This document shows, one piece after another, positions 1 through 10,679 of a DNA stretch of 64,000 bases. Both the position numbers and the translations under genes were made by a program. Origin of the DNA: Minisyncoccota bacterium (GTDB lineage: Bacteria; Patescibacteriota; Minisyncoccia; Minisyncoccales; GWA2-38-27); contig JAQVFW010000002.1 of the NCBI GenBank assembly GCA_028697015.1, positions 5,287 to 69,286 on the forward strand. The letters run 5' to 3'. The notes below the pieces were generated by a model. It had not been told where the DNA came from. It made no database searches and saw only the letters and a program-made list of their open reading frames with translations. Position 1 is the first letter of the stretch; each line of letters begins with the position of its first letter.

Positions 1-1437
1 ACTGCCAAAGTTCCGGGCAGAGAAGTTTTTAACGAAATGCTCGGCAAAATTGATGGCGGTCTTCCTCACTCAATTGGTATTTTGGCGTGGGCTCCGGACA
101 GATTGTCCAGAAATTCCGTTGACGGCGGGCGGCTCATTTATTTGCTTGATACCGGAAAACTTGCGGGGTTGAAATTTCCGACTTTCGCGTTTGAAAATAC
201 CCCAAGCGGCAAATTTTTTCTTTCAATTGCTTTATCAAACGCGAAGTATTATGTGGACAATCTGTCCGAGAATGTTCGGCGAGGGAATAAAGCCAAACTG
301 CGGCGAGGCGAATGGCCCGGCCAAAAACCACTGGGATATGTGTATGACCATAGATTACGCAACATTGTACCAGAGCCGAAAGAAGCAAAAATTGTAAAAA
401 AGACTTTTGAGGAGTTTGCGACTGGAAAATATGGCCTCGCTTCCATTTCTCATCGCCTCGCCGAGTTTGGCATAAGAAGCTCAAACGGCAAGCCACGTTC
501 TAATTCCTCAATCTTCAATCTTTTAACGAATGAATTGTATATCGGCGTTATGCGTTGGAAAGACGAGCCGTTTGAGGGTTCGTACCAGCCGCTCATCACA
601 AAGCAATTGTTTGCGAAAGTGCAGGAAGTTTTGAAAGAAAGAGGCAAGCCGCGCAAGACAAGACAAAAGCATAATTTTCCATTTTGCGGATTATTCCGCT
701 GTTCTTGTGGCGCAATGTTCACAGCGCAATACGCAAAAGGAAATGGCGGACTTTACCGCTATTATAGATGTACAAAAAAACAAGGAAATTGCGCCGCCAA
801 GTACGTCCAAGAGCAGGACCTTGCGCGGCAACTTTTTGAAAAATCGCAAACAATTGCTTTGCCCACTGATTGGGCCAAAGAAATGTTGGAGTATTTGGAT
901 AAAAACGAAGAATTGGAAGCCCAATCAGTAGACGCTTTTGTCCAAGAGATAAATCAGAAAATAATTGTTGTTCAGGACAAGCTCGATAAACTGCTTGAAG
1001 GTTATTTAGATAATCTTATTGACGAGGAGACCTACAAGCATAAAAAGGAGGAGCTTGTTCAACAAAAAATCACCCTGAAAGGTGAAAAAAATACTCTTGG
1101 ACAAAAGCGAATGAGCGGCTGGATCGAACCAACCAGAAACTTCGTAAATACCTTGATTCAAGCGGGAAAAATCGCTTCACCGAAATTTCTTGCAGAAATT
1201 TCGGACTTGGTGAGAAAAATTGGAACGAACCGCCTCATTTCCGAAAAAATCGTTTCTTTTGATTTCGTCCCGCTGTTTGATTTTACGGCTTCATTTCTTG
1301 CGAGCCGCGCCGCGAGGCGCGGCGAGCAAACCTCTTTTTCCGCTTCCGAAAATTTGCAAAATCCTGTTTGGTGGGCGACGAAGGAGTCGAACCTTCCACC
1401 TCTTCTTTATCAGAGAAGCGTTCTACCGCTGAACTAG
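1..1437 (+). CDS. Large serine recombinase/integrase (resolvase, recombinase and Zn-ribbon domains, coiled coil), 5'-truncated by the window edge
   Basis: Frame is open from base 1 (TAKVPGREVFNEML...). Motifs WAPDRLSRN, GxWPGxxPLGY, YIG, CSCG...YYRC...C. Visibly more GC-rich than the rest of the window. Confidence 0.9.
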   Translation, partial: TAKVPGREVFNEMLGKIDGGLPHSIGILAWAPDRLSRNSVDGGRLIYLLDTGKLAGLKFPTFAFENTPSGKFFLSIALSNAKYYVDNLSENVRRGNKAKLRRGEWPGQKPLGYVYDHRLRNIVPEPKEAKIVKKTFEEFATGKYGLASISHRLAEFGIRSSNGKPRSNSSIFNLLTNELYIGVMRWKDEPFEGSYQPLITKQLFAKVQEVLKERGKPRKTRQKHNFPFCGLFRCSCGAMFTAQYAKGNGGLYRYYRCTKKQGNCAAKYVQEQDLARQLFEKSQTIALPTDWAKEMLEYLDKNEELEAQSVDAFVQEINQKIIVVQDKLDKLLEGYLDNLIDEETYKHKKEELVQQKITLKGEKNTLGQKRMSGWIEPTRNFVNTLIQAGKIASPKFLAEISDLVRKIGTNRLISEKIVSFDFVPLFDFTASFLASRAARRGEQTSFSASENLQNPVWWATKESNLPPLLYQRSVLPLN

Positions 1438-1443
1438 TCGCCC
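1369..1443 (-). tRNA. tRNA-Ile (GAT)
   Basis: Reverse complement GGGCGAC...CTTCT-CTGATAA-AGAAG...GGTTCGACT...GTCGCCC-A-CCA folds as a cloverleaf with encoded CCA. Confidence 0.95.
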
Positions 1444-1449
1444 AAATTT

Positions 1450-1992
1450 CTATTTCTTCTTCTTTTTTTTAACTGATTTTTTCTTTTTCTTTTTTACTGC
1501 AGAAAAATTTCCTTCAAAAATATCATTTGCGGTTTTTTTGAAAAAAGCCGGAGTAATTATTATCGAATCATTGTAATTACCGGATGAAAGATATATTTCT
1601 TTGTTTTTTGACAAAGATTTGTCTAAAAAAAGAGGATATTTAAATAATTTTCCAAAAGGAGGAATTGCTCCTATTTTCACTCCTTTAAAATTGTTATTTA
1701 TCCATCTTTCAGTTGCAAAATCTATTTTTTTAACAAGCTTCTCTTTATTTTTCTTTCTTGTTAAATTAAGCGTTTTTTTAAATTTTTCTTTTTCTAAATT
1801 CCTGTTTCCCGGAATAACGGCAATGTAAAAAGAATTATCCCCTTTTAGAACAACTGTTTTGGCAATTAATTTTGGGTCTACTGCCAAAGTAGCCGATTTG
1901 TCAAAAGAAGTATAAACGGTTTTATGAGAAATAACTTTATGCCTTATCTCTTCTTTTTGAAGAAAGTTAATTATCTTTTTTGGAACTGCCAT
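1450..1992 (-). CDS. YbaK/EbsC family aminoacyl-tRNA deacylase with Lys-rich tail
   Basis: IAKTVVL, GAIPPFG and LFLDKSL motifs. Confidence 0.85.
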   Translation of the reverse strand: MAVPKKIINFLQKEEIRHKVISHKTVYTSFDKSATLAVDPKLIAKTVVLKGDNSFYIAVIPGNRNLEKEKFKKTLNLTRKKNKEKLVKKIDFATERWINNNFKGVKIGAIPPFGKLFKYPLFLDKSLSKNKEIYLSSGNYNDSIIITPAFFKKTANDIFEGNFSAVKKKKKKSVKKKKKK

Positions 1993-2001
1993 AATAGGAA
2001 A

Positions 2002-2030
2002 ATTCTAACAAAAAAAATAATTAATGTCAA
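2002..2030 (-). promoter_or_regulatory. sigma70 promoter of the YbaK gene
   Basis: TTGACA-17 bp-TAGAAT with extended TG, 9 nt before ATG. Confidence 0.75.
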
Positions 2031-2061
2031 AAAAAAGCGGGCCGCAAAAAGAAAGCGGCCC
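2029..2061 (-). terminator. Rho-independent terminator downstream of the 16S gene
   Basis: GGGCCGC/GCGGCCC stem followed by a T run on the minus strand. Confidence 0.7.
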
Positions 2062-2168
2062 TTGAGATTTTTGAAGAAATTTTTCTCCAAAAATCCCCTT
2101 ATGTATGGCAGAAATAATTAAATAAGAAAATGCTTAAAAAAGAGCTTTCTTATTTAATTATTTTTTAA

Positions 2169-2196
2169 TTTTAGTTCTTAAAAGTTGTTCTGACTT
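2169..2196 (-). other. 3' arm of the 16S precursor processing stem (pairs with 3808-3835)
   Basis: TTTTAGTTCTTAAAAGTTGTTCTGACTT is a near-perfect inverted repeat of AAGTCAGAACAACTTTAAAAAACTAAAA at 3808-3835. Confidence 0.8.
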
Positions 2197-2288
2197 ATAA
2201 ATAATCGAAATTTGAAGGTTCCTCGATCAATACCTCAGAGTTGAAAACAGAATTCTCGGTTTTCAACCAACGGTCGACACTTTTCTAA

Positions 2289-3776
<1,488 letters not shown>

Positions 3777-3990
3777 ATTACATTAAAGTTAAACCCTAAT
3801 GTAAATAAAGTCAGAACAACTTTAAAAAACTAAAATGCTTGAATAAATAATTTAGGGACTTTTATTCAAGATTAATATTTTGTTTTCAAAGTACTTTCTA
3901 AAATAAACCCCGAAGATATTTAAGCATTAAACACCTTCGGGAGAAATCTTTTTGAATTATGTAGATTCTCTATTTCATACTGCTATCTTT

Positions 3991-4018
3991 AGTATATTTA
4001 TTTAATCTTTCTTGTCAA
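3991..4018 (-). promoter_or_regulatory. rRNA promoter
   Basis: TTGACA-16 bp-TATACT about 215 nt upstream of the 16S 5' end, with an AT-rich upstream tract. Confidence 0.75.
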
Positions 4019-4046
4019 GTTTTTAAGAAAAGAAAAAATGTGTAAT

Positions 4047-4101
4047 AAAAAACCCTGACAAGCCGCTTTCTTACAGTAAGAAAGCTGAAAGCTTGCCAGG
4101 G
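4047..4101 (-). terminator. Long interrupted stem-loop terminator after the ParB-like gene
   Basis: CCCTGACAAGC/GCTTGCCAGGG outer stem, GCTTTCTTAC/GTAAGAAAGC inner stem, T run on the minus strand. Confidence 0.6.
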
Positions 4102-4126
4102 GGCTTAGTGGCTTATTTAAAGAACT

Positions 4127-4924
4127 TTAATGACAAAGCGCCTCGAAACGCTTTTTCCAATCCGCTATTGCTCTGGATGCTCTTTTCTGAAGTTGCTCGA
4201 TATGAACGAATATTTCTCTGGCTTGCGACTCAGTGATATCGCCGTCCTCATATTTTTCAAGAATACTCCGCATCAGCGAAGCGTTCTTTTGACTTAAAGA
4301 TTTATGGCTTTTTGTAAGATTTCCCTGAATTTCGGGGATTCCTACCTTAAGTTTTTTCTTTCTTCCGAAAAGAACTTCTTTAACTTTTTCGGGTTCGACA
4401 TTATATTTTTCAGCAGCTTTTGTCACTGTTAATCCGCCTTCAGCAACGGCAACAACCGCTTTTTTGATTTTAAGGCGTGCCTGCTTTGACTGCACGCACT
4501 TGATATATTTTCTAACCAAACTGACTGGTAATCCCAACAGTTCGGCAATCCTTTTTTGCTTCTCTCCTTTTTCGATAAGAAGCATAACAGTATGCTCTGT
4601 GTCTTCCTGAGAAGGTGGCATTGAACCGCCCGAATTTTGCCTGTAGGCATAAGAGATCATTTCGGCCTCGTCTTCGAATTGAAGAACTTTGACCTTGATT
4701 TCTTTCAGGTTATTTAGCTCATAGGCTTCTTTGCGGTGTCTGCCGTCAACAACGGGACAAACACCGTTTGTACTTTCAGCAATTTCTATAGGGTCTTTCA
4801 TTTCGACCCCATTTTCAATAAGCTCTGCAAGATACAAAACATGTTCCTGATTGAGCTCTTTTCTTACAAAAAGATTTGTCTGAAGTTCAGACAAATTAAC
4901 AATTTTAGTTCCTTTTGCTCTCAT
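4127..4924 (-). CDS. ParB/Srx N-terminal domain protein with HTH motifs
   Basis: PI...VVDGRHRKEA (GxxR) motif, HTH-like QKRIAELLGLPVSLV and VTKAAEKYNV; GAGGAG upstream. Confidence 0.75.
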   Translation of the reverse strand: MRAKGTKIVNLSELQTNLFVRKELNQEHVLYLAELIENGVEMKDPIEIAESTNGVCPVVDGRHRKEAYELNNLKEIKVKVLQFEDEAEMISYAYRQNSGGSMPPSQEDTEHTVMLLIEKGEKQKRIAELLGLPVSLVRKYIKCVQSKQARLKIKKAVVAVAEGGLTVTKAAEKYNVEPEKVKEVLFGRKKKLKVGIPEIQGNLTKSHKSLSQKNASLMRSILEKYEDGDITESQAREIFVHIEQLQKRASRAIADWKKRFEALCH

Positions 4925-4947
4925 GCTTTATCTCCTCGTTTCTGATG

Positions 4948-5184
4948 CTAAATACTGTCGTAGGGCTGGAAAAACCTGCCGCTATAGGCGCGCCATCCGG
5001 CGCGTTTTTTTCTGATATCGGACAATATTACCAAAATTCCCGGTTCGGGAAAATCTTTTTCTTGCCAAACTTTTTTATCCAAAGAAAAAGTCACAAGACC
5101 AAGGTCTTCTGAACGGGCAACGGCATAAGGGCCGTGATGTCCGTTTATGACGATTTTTTCAACGATTGCCTGGTATTCTAACAT
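4948..5184 (-). CDS. Small hypothetical protein, possibly OB-fold-like
   Basis: 78-aa beta-rich ORF packed tightly between co-oriented genes. Confidence 0.6.
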   Translation of the reverse strand: MLEYQAIVEKIVINGHHGPYAVARSEDLGLVTFSLDKKVWQEKDFPEPGILVILSDIRKKRAGWRAYSGRFFQPYDSI

Positions 5185-5187
5185 TTC

Positions 5188-5892
5188 TTATCCTTTCTGA
5201 TTTTCAATAATTTTTTTTGTCAATCTTGCGCTTAAAGAGTTTAAGTGCGACGAAAGGCGGAAAATAATTCCGGTAACCTCCCCAATGTCTTCTGGCTCTT
5301 CAAAAGCGTTTTCTTGCAAAAGATAAATCAGCGATTCCATTATTTTAATCGTAGCTTTTTCTTTATAATTTGAATTTTCTGTTTCAAATGTTTCCTTTCC
5401 AAAATTACCGGGCCTAATGTCGGCCTCAAAAATCCTTCTTTTTTCCTCTTTTTTTTTATTAAGTTCTTCTTTCTTTTCTTTCCAAATTTCCCACATTTTC
5501 TGGGATTTTTCTTTTCCCGGTTCTCCGTTTCCTTGAAGAACCTGGTAAAGGGAAGAGGCCGTGCTATATCCGATAGCATCTGCTGCCTCCTTTCCTGAAA
5601 AAAAACCAAAGGCGATAAGTTCAATAAACCCCCTTTGGACTTTTGGCATCCTTTCCAGTTCAATAATACTATACCCAATAGCGTCAAGAAAACACATCAG
5701 TTTCATTAAGGTCTCCCCTACGGGAAGCCCTTCTGAAGAGAGCCATCTTTTTACCGTGCTTGTCGAAACAGAACAAAAATCAGCTATAACAATAAGAGAA
5801 TTTTTTTGTGTTTTTTTAGAAAAAAGAAGAGAGTAATTTTGAAGACATTCTTCTGTATGCCCTCTAAAAATTTCAACTCGTTCATCTTGCAT
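5188..5892 (-). CDS. Hypothetical protein with two XRE-like HTH motifs
   Basis: IADFCSVSTSTVKRW and EAADAIGYSTASSLYQVL. Confidence 0.6.
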   Translation of the reverse strand: MQDERVEIFRGHTEECLQNYSLLFSKKTQKNSLIVIADFCSVSTSTVKRWLSSEGLPVGETLMKLMCFLDAIGYSIIELERMPKVQRGFIELIAFGFFSGKEAADAIGYSTASSLYQVLQGNGEPGKEKSQKMWEIWKEKKEELNKKKEEKRRIFEADIRPGNFGKETFETENSNYKEKATIKIMESLIYLLQENAFEEPEDIGEVTGIIFRLSSHLNSLSARLTKKIIENQKG

Positions 5893-5952
5893 CTAGTATT
5901 CCTTTTTCAAAGAACCGTTTTTTCGGAAAGCCACTCTTTCCGATCTAGAGAT

Positions 5953-5981
5953 TGTATAACATAAGAAAAATATTATGTCAA
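5953..5981 (-). promoter_or_regulatory. sigma70 promoter for the three-gene module
   Basis: TTGACA-17 bp-TATACA with extended TG. Confidence 0.6.
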
Positions 5982-5987
5982 TTTATG

Positions 5988-6059
5988 AGCCAGCGGTCGG
6001 ATTTGAACCGACGACCTACTGTTTACAAAACAGTTGCTCTGCCACTGAGCTACGCTGGC
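5988..6059 (-). tRNA. tRNA-Thr (TGT), complete CCA not encoded
   Basis: Reverse complement GCCAGCG...CTGTT-TTGTAAA-CAG...GGTTCAAATCC...CGCTGGC-T folds as a cloverleaf. Confidence 0.93.
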
Positions 6060-6067
6060 AAAAATAT

Positions 6068-6382
6068 TTATTTATCTTCTTCTTTCTTTTTTTCTATTCC
6101 CCTTTGCCTTATTTTTCTAAGCCAAATATCGGTTATTTTTTCCGTTTTTAAATTAAAAACCTTAATTTTAGAAAGAATCTTATGAAGAAATCCATAAAAA
6201 GAAAAGGATTCTACTTTTTCACAGAGCAAGTCCCAAAAAGGTTTTAACTTTAATATTAAAGAAGGTCTTTTTTTTCGTTCTTTTGGAGCAGATTTTGCAA
6301 GTATAGGAATTTTAGTTCCGACGATAAAGAGTATTCCTAAAAAACTGACAAAAAGGCCTGAAAGTCCTAAAATATTTTCCAT
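6068..6382 (-). CDS. Hypothetical protein with N-terminal TM helix
   Basis: Hydrophobic N-terminus; starts 1 nt after the tsf stop. Confidence 0.6.
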   Translation of the reverse strand: MENILGLSGLFVSFLGILFIVGTKIPILAKSAPKERKKRPSLILKLKPFWDLLCEKVESFSFYGFLHKILSKIKVFNLKTEKITDIWLRKIRQRGIEKKKEEDK

Positions 6383-6383
6383 A

Positions 6384-6968
6384 TTATATCTCGTATCTTA
6401 CAAACGACTTTATGGCGATATTTTCGCCGAATTTTGCTACTTTTTCTTCTATTAATCCTTTAATGGTTTTTTCAGGATCTTTAACCCATAATTGCTCAAG
6501 AAGAGAATTTTCTTTTTTAAATTTAAGGATTTTGCCTTTAATTATCTCTTCAATTACTTTCTCCGGTTTTTTAGCATCGGAAAATTGATCATTGTATGCT
6601 TTTTTCTCGCTTTCAATAATATCTTCAGGAATATCTTCTTTTTTTATAAATTTTGGATTTAAAGCCGCAATTTGAAGACAAATTTCATGGGCAAGTTTTC
6701 CAAATTCTTCGGACTTTGCCACAAAATCGGACTCACAGCGAATATCAAGCAAAACACCCACTCTTTTATTTTGGTGTATATAGCTTTCGACTATTCCTAT
6801 GTTTGTTTCTCTGGAAGATTTTTTATCGGCAATTTCCTTTTCAAATCCTTTTAAAAATTCTTTTGCCTTCTTAATATCTCCGTTTGCTTTTTCAAGAGCT
6901 TCCTTGCACTTAGAAATAGAAACGGATGTTTCTTCTCTAAGTTTTTTTATTAAATCAAGATCGATCAT
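6384..6968 (-). CDS. tsf: Elongation factor Ts (short form)
   Basis: IKKLREET...CKEAL, CESDFVA motif, follows rpsB. Confidence 0.97.
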   Translation of the reverse strand: MIDLDLIKKLREETSVSISKCKEALEKANGDIKKAKEFLKGFEKEIADKKSSRETNIGIVESYIHQNKRVGVLLDIRCESDFVAKSEEFGKLAHEICLQIAALNPKFIKKEDIPEDIIESEKKAYNDQFSDAKKPEKVIEEIIKGKILKFKKENSLLEQLWVKDPEKTIKGLIEEKVAKFGENIAIKSFVRYEI

Positions 6969-6981
6969 CTTTTTAAAAGAA

Positions 6982-7698
6982 TTAAGAAATTTCTTTATTT
7001 TCTGTCTTTACGCTTTTAACTGCAACGGGTGTTTTTATGAGCACTTCCTTTATTTTATCCAAAATATATTTTATAGAAACAATTGCATCATTGTTTGCAG
7101 GAACAAAACAATCTACTAAATCAGGATTATCATCGGTATCTATTATGGCAAAAATAAGGATATTTTTTATTTTTGCTTCTTTTACGGCTGTAATATCTTT
7201 TTGAATATCAAGAACAAAAATAGCGTCAGGGGTAGTTTCCATATTTTTAATTCCCTCAAATTTGAGGCGCAGCCGTTCAATTTCCCTGTCTATTTCCAGC
7301 CGTTCTTTTTTGGTATATTTTTCAAGTTCTCCGGCTGCTTTCTTTTTTTCAAGATCTTTGTAGTATTCTACTCTTTTTTTGATAATAGGAAAATTAGTGA
7401 TAGTTCCTCCGAGCCATCTTTCATTAACGTACGGCATTTTGCATTCATCTGCCGTTTCCTTTACCAAATCCTTTGCTTGTTTTTTTGTTCCAACTAAAAG
7501 CAAGTTCTTGCCTTCTTCCCTTATTTTTTTTATCTTTTCAAGCATTTCTTCAAGCTTTTCGGCCGTTTTTTCAAGGTCTATAAGGTGAATTGTATTTTTT
7601 TCTCCGGATATATAGGGCTTCATTTTTGGATGCGTTGCCGACTTCCTGTGTCCGACAAAGAGCCCCGCTTCTGATAACTGATCAATCTTTGTTTTCAT
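6982..7698 (-). CDS. rpsB: 30S ribosomal protein S2
   Basis: HPKMKPYI, VGTKKQA, RWLGGTITNF, PANND. Confidence 0.98.
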   Translation of the reverse strand: MKTKIDQLSEAGLFVGHRKSATHPKMKPYISGEKNTIHLIDLEKTAEKLEEMLEKIKKIREEGKNLLLVGTKKQAKDLVKETADECKMPYVNERWLGGTITNFPIIKKRVEYYKDLEKKKAAGELEKYTKKERLEIDREIERLRLKFEGIKNMETTPDAIFVLDIQKDITAVKEAKIKNILIFAIIDTDDNPDLVDCFVPANNDAIVSIKYILDKIKEVLIKTPVAVKSVKTENKEIS

Positions 7699-7873
7699 AT
7701 TGTCTTTATTATATTTTCTGTTTATTTAGGACAATGTAGCATATAAAAAAGATTAAATCAAGCGTCTTTTTTCGTTTTTGCCTAAATTCCTTTACAATTA
7801 CTCTTATTTTTAAAAAAAGGAAATATAGCTTATTGCTCTTGTCCTTATTCTTTTTTTATGATATAAAAGGGGC

Positions 7874-8140
7874 ATGAAAAAGACAATACATCCTAAATAT
7901 TTTGATAAAGCGAAGGTTCATTGCGTTTGCGGCAATAACTTTACAGTAGGATCCACAAAAGAATTTCTCGAGGTAGAAGTTTGTTCGGCTTGCCATCCCT
8001 TTTTCACAGGCAAAGAAAAAATTATGGATACAATGGGCCGAGTGGAAAAGTTTAGAAAACGCCTTGAAAAAAAAGAAGAGCCGAAAAAGAAAAAAGAGCC
8101 AAAACAAAAAAAAGAAAAACAAAGCAAAAAACTTGCTTAA
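7874..8140 (+). CDS. rpmE: 50S ribosomal protein L31 (Zn-binding type)
   Basis: [29 protein letters not shown]. Confidence 0.97.
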   Translation: MKKTIHPKYFDKAKVHCVCGNNFTVGSTKEFLEVEVCSACHPFFTGKEKIMDTMGRVEKFRKRLEKKEEPKKKKEPKQKKEKQSKKLA

Positions 8141-8185
8141 TTGTTTGCTTTTTTTACTTTTAAACTTATTTCCTAAAAGGAAACT

Positions 8186-9235
8186 ATGTCAGAAATTGAA
8201 TCCTTAAGAAAGGAATACAATGATATTTTAAATCAACTCGGCAATCCTGAGTTGATTTCTGACTGGAAAAAATTTGAAGATCTTTCCAAAAAGAAAAAAA
8301 AGCTGGAAAATATCATAGAAAAAAAAGAAGCTATTCTTCAAATAGAAAAGCAGATTGAAGAGAATAAGGCCATAATATCTTCTGAAGATATGGAACTTTT
8401 AACCTTGGCGGAAGCGGAAATAGGCACTTTAAGTCAAAAGAAAAGAGAAATTGAAAAAGAATTGAAAGATTTCTTAGAGGAAGAAAATTCTTCTGTCGAT
8501 CTTAATTCCGTTATTGTTGAAATAAGGGCTGGAACCGGTGGAGATGAAGCGGCTTTGTTTGCCGGAGACCTATTTAGAGCGTATCTAAAATATTGCGCTA
8601 AAAAAAACTGGTCTCATAAGGTCCTCGATTCAAACTCTACGACTATCGGAGGATTTAAAGAAGTTACTTTTGAAATAAAAGGAAATAATGTTTTTTCTCT
8701 TATGGAAAACGAGGGAGGAGTTCACAGAGTTCAAAGAATTCCGGAAACCGAAAAATCAGGAAGAGTGCATACGTCAACGGCAACGGTAGCCGTACTTCCC
8801 AAGCCGAAAGAGAAGAAAATTAATATAAGAACTGACGATTTAAAAATTGATTTCTTTAGAGCTTCGGGAGCAGGAGGTCAAAATGTCAACAAAAGAGAAA
8901 CTGCTGTAAGAATTACTCATTTACCATCAGGGGTTGTTGTTGTTTCTCAGACAGAGAGAAATCAGCTTCAAAATAAAGAAAACGCCCTATCTATTCTTGG
9001 AGCTAAGATAATGGAACAAAAAAGAAAACAAGAACAAAGCAGTGTTTCAAATCAAAGAAACAGTCAAATTGGTCTTGCTAAAAGAGTAGAAAAAATTAAA
9101 ACGTATAATTTTCCTCAAGACCGCCTCACTGACCACAGAATAAAAAAAAGCTGGCATGGCCTTCAAAGGATAATGGATGGCGATCTTGACGAGATTATAG
9201 AAACAACAAAAAAAGAGCTTCAGCTTATAGAATAA
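8186..9235 (+). CDS. prfA: Peptide chain release factor 1
   Basis: GGDEA, PET recognition motif, GAGGQNVN. Confidence 0.96.
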   Translation: MSEIESLRKEYNDILNQLGNPELISDWKKFEDLSKKKKKLENIIEKKEAILQIEKQIEENKAIISSEDMELLTLAEAEIGTLSQKKREIEKELKDFLEEENSSVDLNSVIVEIRAGTGGDEAALFAGDLFRAYLKYCAKKNWSHKVLDSNSTTIGGFKEVTFEIKGNNVFSLMENEGGVHRVQRIPETEKSGRVHTSTATVAVLPKPKEKKINIRTDDLKIDFFRASGAGGQNVNKRETAVRITHLPSGVVVVSQTERNQLQNKENALSILGAKIMEQKRKQEQSSVSNQRNSQIGLAKRVEKIKTYNFPQDRLTDHRIKKSWHGLQRIMDGDLDEIIETTKKELQLIE

Positions 9236-9251
9236 AACAATAATATAGATA

Positions 9252-9287
9252 AATAAAAGAAACCGCGAATTGGCGGTTTCTTTTATT
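9252..9287. terminator. Bidirectional terminator between convergent genes
   Basis: AATAAAAGAAACCGC/GCGGTTTCTTTTATT inverted repeat. Confidence 0.8.
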
Positions 9288-10679
9288 TTATGACGGTATG
9301 AATATAAGGCCACTGCAAGTATCTGTCATTGTACCTTGGTCAATAAAAACCTGAAGACAATTTATTCTTTGAACAATTTGATTTCCATAAAAAGCATAGC
9401 TTGATTTATTCCAATTTCCTCCTGCAAAATACTTTAACGCGGCGGTTCTCTCATTGTTTGACGAAGAAGAAAGATTATCCGATAAAAGAAGTCCGGAAGC
9501 AAGAAAAGAATCATTTATTTTCCAAGGATCAGCAATGCGTCCAAGCATATTAGTAAGCCGGCTCTTATAAAGATTCCATGTTGAAGGAATAAATTGAGCA
9601 GGTCCCATGGCTCCCCCATAACCGGGTATTCCAATCACAGGACAAGAAATCGGAGTAGAAAGTGAATTTCTTCCCAATTCTTTTGTAAGAATCAAAAACG
9701 GAGGCAAATCTCTTGTCGGGTGAATTCCATTTGAAAAAATCCTTCCGGAATTTATCCCTACAGATGATCCTGTCGATGCATCTTTGAGATAACATTGTCC
9801 GACATTTCTTCCAAGGGCCGATTCTTGGGTGATTATAGCAAGAAGAAAAGCTGGCCTTACACCGGTTAACTGTTGTACCCAGCGAGCCACTTCTAGCGCT
9901 TCTCCAAAGGTTGGTGTTTCCACATCGGGAATACCAACAAGTTCAAGCATTTTGCTTCTTATTTCTTCCGCTTTTTTTTCTAGTTCTTGTTTTTCTTTTA
10001 AATATTGCTGATACTGGGCCTCTGTCATTTTCAAAAAATCTTCCTGTTTTTTCCTTGCCGCTTCGCTCTCTTTCACCTGAAGAGCCTGCAATTGAACGGT
10101 TTTTTGCAAGGAATCTTTTTCGCCATCCAAAGATATTTTATGCCCTTCTAGATTAAATTTTAAATCTTTAATATCTTTTAATACTCCTTTATTTTTTAAA
10201 TTCAAAACTTCCAGATAAACAATATTATCAAAAAAATCAGAAATCGTTTCTCCTTGAAGAATTATCTCTATATATGATTTTTTATCTTCCTCTTCGGTAA
10301 TTCGCAAAATATCAATCAATTTTTCTTCCATCTCTCCTATCTTAACAGTTGTCTCCATTATGGACTTTTCTGTATCCTGGATTTTTAATCCCAAACTCTG
10401 AATAACCAAATTGCTTTGCCTTATTTGAAGATTAAGCTGATCTATTTTTCTTCTAATATTGCTTATTTGATACTGAAGAGTTTGTTTTTCCGCTTCCGTC
10501 TTTGTTATATCCTTATCGTATTTTAGAATTAATTCTTCAAGTTCTTTTAATTCTTTTTCAAGCTGGGCTCTTTCTTCTTCCTTATCAGCGGCAATTGTAA
10601 ACGGAAGTAAAGAAAAGAAAACAAAAAAAGCTAAAAAGAAAAATATAATCTTATGAATTTTCAGGTTCTTTTTCTTCAT
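9288..10679 (-). CDS. Secreted coiled-coil protein with C-terminal lytic transglycosylase (SLT_2/MltB-like) domain
   Basis: Signal peptide, long coiled coil, ITQES catalytic Glu and GAMGPAQFIPSTW. Start approximate. Confidence 0.8.
   Translation of the reverse strand: MKKKNLKIHKIIFFFLAFFVFFSLLPFTIAADKEEERAQLEKELKELEELILKYDKDITKTEAEKQTLQYQISNIRRKIDQLNLQIRQSNLVIQSLGLKIQDTEKSIMETTVKIGEMEEKLIDILRITEEEDKKSYIEIILQGETISDFFDNIVYLEVLNLKNKGVLKDIKDLKFNLEGHKISLDGEKDSLQKTVQLQALQVKESEAARKKQEDFLKMTEAQYQQYLKEKQELEKKAEEIRSKMLELVGIPDVETPTFGEALEVARWVQQLTGVRPAFLLAIITQESALGRNVGQCYLKDASTGSSVGINSGRIFSNGIHPTRDLPPFLILTKELGRNSLSTPISCPVIGIPGYGGAMGPAQFIPSTWNLYKSRLTNMLGRIADPWKINDSFLASGLLLSDNLSSSSNNERTAALKYFAGGNWNKSSYAFYGNQIVQRINCLQVFIDQGTMTDTCSGLIFIPS

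Noticed and set aside
2113-2162. Long AT-rich inverted repeat as a possible MITE or ncRNA
   Set aside because: Single copy with no target duplication; it lies in the rRNA trailer, where hairpins are expected.
4127-5892. SD motifs as proof that the whole module is foreign
   Set aside because: AAGGA also precedes core genes (prfA, ppsA). Only the GAGGAG before the ParB-like gene is distinctive, so the evidence is weak.
5952-6185. 77-aa plus-strand ORF
   Set aside because: Antisense to tRNA-Thr and the neighbouring gene.
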